From assembly GCA_037447605.1 (NCBI GenBank), contig CM074817.1, positions 1,488,001 through 1,552,000 of the forward strand: DNA of 64,000 nt, given 5' to 3'. The stretch comes from Zygnema circumcarinatum SAG 698-1b (taxonomy: Eukaryota > Plantae > Zygnematophyceae). A program made the translations under genes and the position numbers. A model generated the notes under the pieces. It had not been told where the DNA came from. It worked only from the letters and a program-made list of their open reading frames with translations, and searched no databases. Shown here piece by piece: positions 37,101 through 46,417 of this stretch (within the stretch, counting starts at the first letter, position 1; every line of letters begins with the position of its first letter).

Positions 37101-40100
37101 GTCGTTTAGGTCAGCCACGAGAAAAATGAATATTCATGCGGCGATCACCAAAACTCATGCACTCTCACTTGCACCTTGAGCAGCAAAGTATACAAAGAGC
37201 TGACTTTGCCCGTACTATTGCCATGTCTCAACAATGCCTGGAAGCCCCACGGCACATGCGGCTTGTGCTCAGAAGACTTGTTTCTTCATGCGCACCGCAG
37301 CTATTTTCAAAGTTAAAATGTTAGAATCGGGCAAGGTTCTCAGCTGTACTTGACAATATCATTCGCTATAAAACTGACACTTCTATGGACAGATCAATAA
37401 AATCTGAAAGAGACGGAGAAGTGTATCTTCCCTATCTAGTCCTAAATTGAAACACTTCGTTTTGTATGGTGATTCATTATTCGTTATCGTTAGCGTGCAA
37501 TGTTACTATTACTTTTAGCGTGCAATGTAAGCCTTTCAAATAAAAAGATCGAAAGGTAAAGGTGAGGAGGAATGAAGCATAGAAACTTTGTTGATGAGTC
37601 TTATAATAGGGGTAGTCAGACATTGACCATCGCCAAATCAATTAAGCAAGCCTGTCGGGCGAATTAAGCATTGGCTAGATACGCATTTCGGTACGGCTGT
37701 TTACGGCGGAGCCGCGGATCCCGACCCGGAATTACTTTGACTTTTAGTACAGTACTGTATACTGTACTGAATTCGGGAATTTAGTACGGCCATGGTCAAT
37801 GTCTGACTCCCCCTGATAGTGTATCGAAAGCAAGAAAGGGTTTTGGTTGAAATCATGAGACCAGCCGCGACATGCATATATGTGTCCATTACCTTCTGGA
37901 GAAAGTGGCGGCGGCGGTGGCCGTCGTGGAGGGGGTCGTGGTGGCGGGGGTCGAGGCCGCGGCGGAGGGGGGCGAGGAAGGCGAGGGGGGGGTGGAGAAG
38001 ACTCTGCGAGAGAGCACAAGGAGCACACAAAATAGCTCACAACAATCGCCAATTTCTGAGAAAAGCACACTAACTTTCTTGTCTCAGAATTGACAAGCGT
38101 TTTCTTGCAACAGCAACTCCAATCGGAACCGTTTGTTTCCCTGAATTGGACCATTAGACATGTTAAGAAAACATGAGGCTTATTTTTTTCCGTTTAAAAT
38201 GGGGAATGTAGAGCTAAGAAAATAGTTAAGTAACTAAGTTGAAAGAAGCGTTCAGAATCCTCAATCATTGCAGCCACTACCTCCTCAAGCAAAAATGGAC
38301 ACTCAAACTAAAGAAGCTGTGGTGACTTACTTCTGCGTATGTATGTGTGAGCAGAGCTACTCTCTGTGGGAGACATTATTGAAGATTTCAGCCAACATTG
38401 GAACTGGCCTCCGTCTCCGTAACCGTTTCCTTGGGTTATAGAAAAACCGACGCATTGGCACAAGCTTGTACAAAGCTGAATGCATCCGTCCGCAGAAAGA
38501 ACAAAAGCGCTGCCAATGTCATTCAAAATAGCAACTTTATTTGGAACATAGTCGTAAGTCGCAGCTGGACCTCCAACACATGTTCCTGCGCAACCGAACA
38601 TAGTGAAGGAGCGACGCACGTCCGCATATCAGAACATTGGTAAAATAAAAAAAAAATCAAATCATCAATCAATCAATTCATCATCAATCAAAATCAATCA
38701 AATCAATCAATCAATCAATAATCTTGTTCACTTTTTACCTCCCTTGCGACATACAATCTGATCAACTCCTTTTGACAAAGAGAGGAGATGAAGCACTGTT
38801 TCTACCGCCTCTAACAGGATTGGGTTGAAGTAGAGTGGACTACTTGCGGAGAATTCAAAACGTACCTTCGGAGCTTCTAAAAACTTTCACCTCAGTTGAA
38901 GTGAGGGGTTCGCCGCTGCTGAGGTACACCCAGACGAATTTTCCGCGTAGAGCCGAGCACGTCTTGACGAAGGGAAAGCCGATGCTCGTGTTTGAGTACT
39001 TGAAGACGTTACCGGGGTCGCACTCCTGGTTTCCCCCCCCATTGAATGTGGAGTTGCTATCTCCCACCCACACAGCCACTCCGTTCATCCGCTCTTGACA
39101 ACAATCTGTCCGGCCGTACAGCATGACCTTTCCCACAGCCACGGTCGCGAGCAGGTCCACTTTCCACCACTGCGGTGGACCGTTAAGCGTATGCGAGCAT
39201 GTAAATCCTTCCGTAGAGCAGCCGCCATCACCTAAGGAGCCGTCCACCGCTTTCAGTGCTGAAAATTTTAGGAGAGTGCTGGACTGAAAAGCGGGTCTGT
39301 TGAAAGCCAAATCGCCTGCCATTCCCATTACCCCACATTTGATTCCAATGGTGTAAGTGCAGATTACACTAAAGCATATAAACCAGTAGGTTTAAGCCTG
39401 GCGGAATATGGACATGTTCGCAATAGCCACAGGACCAAACAGCAAAGTATGTCGGAGTTTCGTATACTTCACGAGCCAGTCTTGTCATTGTTTTTTTTGT
39501 GCTGACTGTATCGTTGGCCTATTCCTTTTCCTTTCTTCACCTCCTTATAATCATCTGTGTTGTCTACGAGAGCCAATCCTCTGATAACTAGACCAGCTTT
39601 TCTGCATCGTTTTTGGTTCCCGAATGCGACTATGGGGTTCCAGACGTACCTTCGACCGCTCCTAAAACCGCTCCAAAAACCTTCACTTCGCATAAAACGA
39701 GCGGCCAGCCGCTGAGAACCACCCAAACGAATCGTCCAGCCAACAGGGAGCACTTCTTGACGAAGGGAAAGCCTCTGCTTGTGTCGGAGTAGAAAAAGAC
39801 GTTACTGGGGTCGCACTCCTCGTTCCCGTCGGCGTTCCATGTGGAGTCGTTGTTGCCGATCCACACCGTCACTCCGTTCATCCACTCTGAACAGCAGTCT
39901 GTACGGCCCCACAGCTCGACCGAGTCCACCCTCGCACGCGCCAGCAGGTCCACCCTCCACCAATTGGAGGGAGCACCGAGCGTGTGTGAGCATGTAAACG
40001 TGAAGTAGTCGCCGCCTCCATCAGAGCCGTCCACCGCCCTCCCAGCGACACCACCCCACGCCTCGCTGGACTGCAAGGCAGGTTTCTGCAGAGCCAAATT

Positions 40101-43100
40101 TTCTGCAATGCGGATTCGTGCAAAAAGAGAGATGCAAAAGAAACTTGGCATCGGTAAACCATTGTTGCCTCGTTTGGAAAGAGAAATAGTCATACAATCA
40201 CACGCATCCTATTCATGGGAATACTAAGTCCAAGACGCTCACGGCCTAACCTTTTCTTAGATACTTTTTTGTACCAGTCGGCTAAGCATGATGTTTGACG
40301 ACCAACAGCACTACAAACCGAATTACTGTTTCGTAAGGAACGATGGTTGCATTAGCTCACATTCTCTTGCAAACCGAGATGCAGGTAGGAGTGGGAAAAA
40401 GAGCGGAAGGCGTACCTCTAGGGCCTCCAAAGACCTTCACTTCACACAAAGTGAGGTAGTCGCCGCTGCTGAGGTACACCCAGACGAATTTTCCGCTTAT
40501 AGACGAGCACTTCTTGACGAAGGGAAAGCCGATGCTCGTGTTTGAGTACTTGAAGACGTTACCGGGGTCGCACTCCTGGTTTCCCCCCCCATTGAATGTG
40601 GAGTTGCTATCTCCCACCCACACAGCCACTCCGTTCATCTCCTCTTGGTTAGCAACTGTCTGGCCGTACAGCATGACCGAGTCCACAGTCGTGGTGGTGA
40701 GCAGGTCCACTTTCCACCACTGCGGTTCACCGTTAAGCGTTTGTGAGCATGTACGAGTGTCTGCCGTGTAGTAATATCCATCACCATAGTAGTTGTCCAC
40801 AGCGTTTTGTGCCACAAGAATAGTGCTGGACTGAAAAGCTGGCTTCTTGAGAGCCAAATTGCCTGCAATACCCATTATGCCAAAATTGATTCCAATAAAT
40901 GTAAAATGCCTATTGGGCTTGGCTTGGCGGAAAGGAAAAATGCTCTGGTAACAAAGCTAGAGAACCGAATAAAAACGATCTCGGAGTCTGGTGTACTTCA
41001 CGATTCAGTCTTTGCATAACTTTCTGTGCTGACTGTATTGTATACGTATTTGTTCATGATTCATGTTCATGTGAGCAGCTTTATTATCTGGCTGAATCAA
41101 TCCTTTGATGGTTGGACCAGCTTTTCTGCACCTGTAGTAAATAGAAACCTTGAGCTAGCTTGGAGCACATACCCATGTCTCGTCGAATGTACAATATTCT
41201 GTTCGTTGTAGTCCTCCATTCTGAGACAGGACGAGTGTTGAGCTTTTTCCAGCACGAAAAGCTGCCATCACTTCTTGGAGGATATTCGATCACAAAAGCG
41301 ATGCAGCTGCAAGCGCTGTTGCAGGAAGCTTCGCACTCCGTCGCTGACGTTACAGTCAAGTTGGACAGATCAAAATCTGCTGACTCCAGATTATCATATC
41401 GGTCATATTCGTTCAAGAGTCCGGCACAATGGTAAGAATCACGCTCTACAAAACATAGCAGAAAGGTAATTGGTTAGAGGGTGGAAATGGTCGCAATCTC
41501 AGTCAGTCCAAAAAGATCATCAAATCACCAATCTCAACTTAAGAATCTCAAGCTTTTCAAAAGGCACACTTTTTCAATCCAGCGAAAAATCTTGCGGTTC
41601 GTTTTCTTTTCACCCTCGTCGTCTCTCCCTCACTCGACCCCCGCCTTCCCGTGTTTTCTATAACTATGTTCTTTAACAGTTTCTTGCAATGCCCACTCAG
41701 ATTAAACGGTTCATTTCCCTTGATTGACCAGCTTATGCTGTGAAAATAGTGAGGCTCCATTTTGGTTTTTTGTTCCAAACTGAAAGCAAAGGTTTCTTCG
41801 TGAGTCTATTTCTCAATCTGGAGCTAAGATTGACCCGAACTTAGAAGATGTTGATGACTTACTTTCGCGTACATACATGTCACCAAATGCAACGCTCTCT
41901 AAGTTGGCAATATCATACTTTAGCCAACAATTGAGTCCGCCATCCCCATCACTCGTACGAACTCCGAGGCATTCGCAATAGCTGGTGCACTGAGCAATGC
42001 AATCTTCAACGGATGACACAAGGACATATTTGAAGTCGTACCCCCAATTTTCACTGTTAGCCAAATAGCGGAACGTATCTTTTAGGCCTGCACATTCTCC
42101 TGCACAGCCAGGATCGCGTGTACAAATCAGTATCTCAGGTTAAACCGTTCGGGATCGTAATTCTTGGAAGAGGTGGAGATGCAATTGGTGAGGAAGGCAG
42201 CAAGACTACACAAGCCGACACGTCAGCTCATAAAAAGTCTCACAAGTTTTCTTGTTTTCACTATGAACCATCAGGAATAGCCGTGGCTACGTTCAACCAC
42301 CGTAGCAACTTACAAAATTGAAAGAAGAGAAATATTAGATTGGACTGTTTGCTTTCTTCAGTTGGAGTCTCTATACATGTGAATCTTAAGGCATCATGAT
42401 ACTTCTATCCAGCAGCAAATGTTTAAAACACTTCAACATGGCAGACACTCTCTTCGCGCAGCAATACTAACTCAAAAGATGTGGGGACTTACTTGTCCGT
42501 ATGTATGTGTGAACAACGGTACTAGTCGTGAGAGGAGCTATTGCATATTTCGAAAAACAGGTGAACTGGCTCCCGTTTCCGTAACCTGCCCCTTGGCTTA
42601 CGACGAATCCAACACACTGGCAAAGCCCTGCGCAGAACTGAGCGCATTCCGCCACAGATGAGACATAGGAGAGACCGATGTCATTCCCCAAAGCATCTGT
42701 ACCTGCTGCATAGTCAAACGTATCTCCAAGGCCTGGACATTCTCCTGCAGAGGCAAAAAACGAGGAAGGAGCGAGTGCAAGTATGCAGATCAGTATCTCG
42801 GACACATCTCAATTGACTTTAATAGTGGCTTATGTCTCCCACTGCACTTTAAAGGCGGAGTTGGACGGTGCAGAATGGAATAGGACTACAAGCAGAATAG
42901 CCAGCTTATGAAAAAGCAGGCAATTTTTTTCTGCTGTGAAAGAACACAGCAGTAATAATGTGAAATCAACGCAGATTGAAGTGGTTATATTTCCTTAGTT
43001 GAATCGTGGGGTACAAGTTGAACTCGAGTTACTCTTCCAACTTCAACCTATCCCGCACATTCGTCATGACTCCCTCCTCACGCAGTCACAGTCTTCTGCC

Positions 43101-43476
43101 CTTCCACTCTCCATTCTCTCTTTTTTTCAATTCAAGATTTATCCCTGCTTCCCCTCTCCCATTTTCCTTCTCCACTCCCCCTCTCTCCTCCTTATCTTCC
43201 CGCATTTCCTCACGACCTCCCACTCCTACCACTTTCTCAATTCTTCCTGAACCACACTCTCTTTCTCCTCGACTCTCCTTTCTAGCAATAAGGCACAGGC
43301 TACCGCCCCCACTCTCAGCGTCCATGTCCGCGAAGCCCCCCTATTTTCCTCTCCTCGTCCCATCCCCCTCTCCCTCCTCTCTCTTTCTCACACTCCTGCC
43401 CTACCGACCCACCTTGCGCCCGTCCACAAGTCACAGCGAGGATGACCAGAGCTGCAAAAGCGAACCACTGCGCCAT
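28386..43476 (-). CDS. Secreted mosaic protein, 1708 aa, 26 exons: SP-PAN x3-F-type lectin x3-PAN-Pro-rich-LRRNT-LRR x5-EGF-papain C1A-EGF x2-LysM x4
   Basis: Exons, 5' to 3' on minus: 43413-43476, 42493-42744, 41863-42099, 41173-41445, 40416-40862, 39650-40102, 38866-39315, 38331-38585, 37893-38003, 36660-36795, 36185-36256, 35837-35908, 34179-34250, 33848-33919, 33238-33575, 32802-32990, 32287-32513, 31854-31991, 31341-31560, 30936-31115, 30341-30484, 29870-29985, 29596-29685, 29355-29462, 28805-29002, 28386-28598. Sum is 5127 nt, all phases are compatible and there is no internal stop. The start context is GCCGCCATGG. All introns are GT-AG except one GC-AG. Confidence 0.8.
31341..32990 (-). 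CDS. Mosaic gene: papain-family (C1A) cysteine protease domain
   Basis: [32 protein letters not shown] (oxyanion Gln, catalytic Cys), [32 protein letters not shown] (His), [20 protein letters not shown] (Asn), GICGIN. Confidence 0.92.
33238..36795 (-). CDS. Mosaic gene: plant-type LRR N-cap, LRR repeats and EGF-like domain
   Basis: [37 protein letters not shown] is an LRRNT_2-type cap. Four 72-nt phase-2 exons read [72 protein letters not shown] and [24 protein letters not shown]. Then [11 protein letters not shown] and the [25 protein letters not shown]. Confidence 0.88.
34811..34961. mobile_element. Putative MITE with 13-bp terminal inverted repeats, in an intron of the mosaic gene
   Basis: ACAAGTCGGACCA...TGGTCCGACCTGT (1 mismatch) with internal AACCA/TGGTT/CCAATGG palindromic units. 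Same family as 45471-45706, in opposite orientation. No target-site duplication found. Confidence 0.6.
35110..35633. repeat. 66-bp minisatellite, 8 copies, intronic
   Basis: TATCTGACAAAATTCTGCGCATCATCC.. units start at 35110, 35176, 35242, 35308, 35374, 35440, 35506 and 35572. Confidence 0.95.
37893..38585 (-). CDS. Mosaic gene: fourth PAN domain and Pro/Arg-rich (SPPPP) linker exon
   Basis: [32 protein letters not shown] followed by [36 protein letters not shown]. Confidence 0.8.
38866..40862 (-). CDS. Mosaic gene: three F-type lectin (fucolectin, F5/8-C fold) domains
   Basis: NLAL.KPA.QSS..AVDG..CSHT..WW.VDL..V..V.L.GR.DCC.E..EVKVF. The copy at 38866-39315 has the exact H-x26-R-x-D-x4-R F-type motif ([35 protein letters not shown]). 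Confidence 0.88.
41173..42744 (-). CDS. Mosaic gene: three PAN/Apple-like domains, one per exon
   Basis: Pattern D(I/F/L)....(V/T)SS..EC...C...C.C..F......C..K in all three, e.g. [33 protein letters not shown]. Confidence 0.78.
43413..43476 (-). CDS. Mosaic gene exon 1: signal peptide [21 protein letters not shown]
   Basis: Strong start context, a hydrophobic core, small residues near the likely cleavage site, and a phase-1 GT donor. Not present in the ORF track. Confidence 0.8.
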
Positions 43477-43811
43477 GGCGGCAGGATCCTGCAAAACCTA
43501 AAAACGCCAAACCGAGCACCACAAGAGTCAATGCTACCGTACTTCAACTTTACGACAAAACCTTTTTTAAGTGCATTGCTCTTGGCCTCCCCACTTGGTT
43601 TACATACAGAATGAAGGGCACTAAACTTAACACATATCACCCCCTACCAGACTTCGCTTCCCACACTCCATTCCCCCCTTCAACAGCCTCCTCTCTCTCC
43701 CTCCGTCTTCCGCCGCTCGTCCATTTGCCTTCCCCTCGACGGCCCGCCCTTCATCTCTCCCCGCCTTCATGAATTCCGCGAGTTCCAAAATCCGCACAAC
43801 ATTCAGCGGCC

Positions 43812-43813
<2 letters not shown>

Positions 43814-43870
<57 letters not shown>
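43814..43870. repeat. (GA)n microsatellite upstream of the mosaic gene start
   Basis: Visible dinucleotide run. Confidence 0.95.
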
Positions 43871-43874
<4 letters not shown>

Positions 43875-45316
43875 CACTGCTCCTTTGTAGCAGAGGCAGG
43901 GCTTCTCCCACACACTAACTCACATATTGGACAACGATCCTCAGTACCTTCGACTCCCTCCTTTGATCGCGCAACGCCGCCATGCCTCAGCCGCCTCTAG
44001 CTTCGTGCCTCCCCTCCCCACGCTCTGTTTTCCTTCTGCCACACTCTCTCTCCTCCTACCTCCCCTCTCTCTTCCCTATCGCTCTCTCTCGTCCACTCCC
44101 ACTTCACCCTCCCTCCTTCCCATCCTCCCGCCCTCCCACCCTCTTTCCCTCCCTTTCTTCCTTTCTTTCCTTTCTTCTTCCCTCCCTCCCTCCCACCCAC
44201 CCTCCCGTCCTCTCCCTCTCCCCGCGCCCCTTTTTCTGCTCCTTGCGCCGCCCCGCCCCTGACTCGACAGCCGCCACGTCAGGAATTGTGCCATCGTGGC
44301 AGGCTCTGATTGGCCCGCGCTTGTCGCTATGTGACGCCTCTCAGTCGAGCGCGCTCGCAAGTGCGAAAGGTGAAGCTCTCGCATACGTACAACGGAAACG
44401 ATGATGTCAGCACGCGCGGGCTGCCCCCGTCCGGCCAAGAAAAGTTTTGTCGGTCCCCACAACGGACGATCTCAGAATCGACAAGACCGCACGGCACACT
44501 TTGAAGGTCCCCGCGCCGTCCAATAGGGCCAAACTCTGCACAAAGCGACGACGAAAGGCAAGCAAAGGAGCCAAAAAAGCAAACACGTGATCATGGTTCC
44601 CAATCGCGCGCCGCCACGTAACAACTAGGACCAATCGCTGCCCCGCGCGGTGCCGCGCTGGCTCGCGGCTGACGACGCGCGGTGACCGCCGGTCGAGGTC
44701 GCTGCTCGCAGACAATTTGGCGGCGGCACCGGAAAGAAAAAAAGAAATCCGTACGGTAGCAGCTGGCCACGTCGGACAACTTAAATTCGGACACGTGGTA
44801 ATAGATGATTGAATGTTGGCCGATCGGAATCTGGGTCACAGATTCGATCTGAAATCACGCTCGTTCTTGAGATATTCGGCGGATCTGCGTGCGTCAGTAC
44901 AGGCTGGCGGAAGGAAATCTACAGAAAACGATAACGCAATCTTCTCGCTAGATTTCCCTCAAACCCCAAACACGACCTTAACGGATCATTCCACGTCGGC
45001 TGGATTCTCCCATTGGTCGATCCACTCGCGGACCGGGGACGATCCGGGTCGCAATCGCAGGAGTGCGCAGGTTTCGTCCGTACAATGGCCCGCCTCAGGG
45101 CGTCTCTGTCCACGTCAGCACTCTGCATCCACGTGGCAGGAGTTCGCGGCAATCCGTTCTATGCCCGTGCGATGAAACAGTCACATGTCGCAGTCAAAAA
45201 TGTTGAACGCTAATGACCGTCACATGGACAGTGCACATGTCGAAAATTTCCACAGAGAACATGTGGCCATGTTTGTCGTAGAACTGAGGAAGGGGAGCCC
45301 GGCCCGCCACAGAGAG

Positions 45317-45423
45317 AGGGAGGGAGGGAGCGAGGGAGGGAGGGAGGGAGGGAGGGAGCGAGGGAGGGAGGGAGGGAGCGAGGGAGGGAGGGAGGGAGCG
45401 AGGGAGGGAGGGAGGGAGGGAGG
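45317..45423. repeat. (GAGG)n tetranucleotide array with periodic GAGC interruptions
   Basis: Visible tandem array. Confidence 0.9.
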
Positions 45424-45470
45424 GAATGGTGCAGAGCGAGTGGGGGCGCGCGGTGGAGGTGGCTGCCTTC

Positions 45471-45706
45471 ACAGGTCGGACCATTAGACGAACCATTTGA
45501 CTGGTTGCCAACCATTGGCGCCGGATCGCAACAACCATTCGAATGGTTCGGAACCAGTGGGTGCCAATGATTGGCAAACATTCGACTGGTTTGGAACCAT
45601 CGGAGCCAATGCTTGGCAACCATTCGACTGGTTGCCAACCAGTAGACGTCCAACCATTGCCATCCAATGGTTATCCAATGGTTGCCGATCCACTGGTCCG
45701 ACCTGT
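45471..45706. mobile_element. Putative MITE with perfect 13-bp terminal inverted repeats
   Basis: ACAGGTCGGACCA (45471-45483) / TGGTCCGACCTGT (45694-45706) with an internal palindromic CAACCA..TGGTTG array; homologous to 34811-34961. Confidence 0.65.
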
Positions 45707-45847
45707 GGCGGCCTTACAGGGAGACCGCTCACCGGTTTCGGATCGGCGAGTGTGAAATCTGAGGCCTTCCTTTGCCCGCCGTGCTGTGAAATATCGGACG
45801 TTGTTGGTACTGTACAAAGTTGGTAGTGAACGCTTCACACACGCAGG

Positions 45848-46105
45848 ACGGGTCAAGGTTTTGGTCTTCCCTTGCAAACAACATGCTGTGCCTCAAAATC
45901 AAGTCATTTTGTGTGCCAGGCAAAAGGTAGTTCGTCCCAGCTCAAGGCCAGAGGTCGTTTTACCATGTTACAGAGGTTCAGGCAGACGGCTTTTCTACCG
46001 CAGGTTGTGGTCGGTCAGGAGAGCTAGCTTTACGATCACAGGGGTTTGCAGTTACTCTATGTATGCACAGATCTTCCCTTCTGATGGTCCCCAATAGCCT
46101 GTGTA
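45848..46105 (+). pseudogene. Duplicated, internally deleted fragment of the ATRIP/SUV2-like last exon and 3' UTR
   Basis: Shares TTTTGGTCTTCCCTTGCAAACAAC, GCCAGGCAAAAGGTAGTTCGTCCCAGCTCAAGGCCAG, TTTACCATGTTACAGAGGTTCAGGCAG, CTTTACGATCACAG and AATAGCCTGTGTA with 26764-27123. Two internal deletions; no start of the gene. Confidence 0.8.
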
Positions 46106-46417
46106 GCGCTTGCAGGAATCATTGTAACGGCCATGCGTGCAAACGTGAAAGGAAGGGGTAAGCTTTGCAGTACAAACTAGGAATGCCACAGAAAACGTAC
46201 AATAGGAAGGTAAGTAAGAAAAAAATACACAAATGTACATGACTAAAAATTCACAAAAGAACTGCTACAAATAATGCGCTCGTAATGACAGCGACCCGCA
46301 CACGAACTATCTATCCTTCCTTCGTTCCTAATCTCTCCCCGGTTTACATGTAGGCCTGCAGTGAGTGCCAACCCTACAAACCCTAACCCCCTCCAAGCAG
46401 AGAGTGAGGTGCTGACG

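Noticed and set aside
45185-45826. Overlapping ORFs with WQP..W and PPSL repeats
   Set aside because: They arise from translating the palindromic MITE interior and the (GAGG)n array in several frames on both strands.
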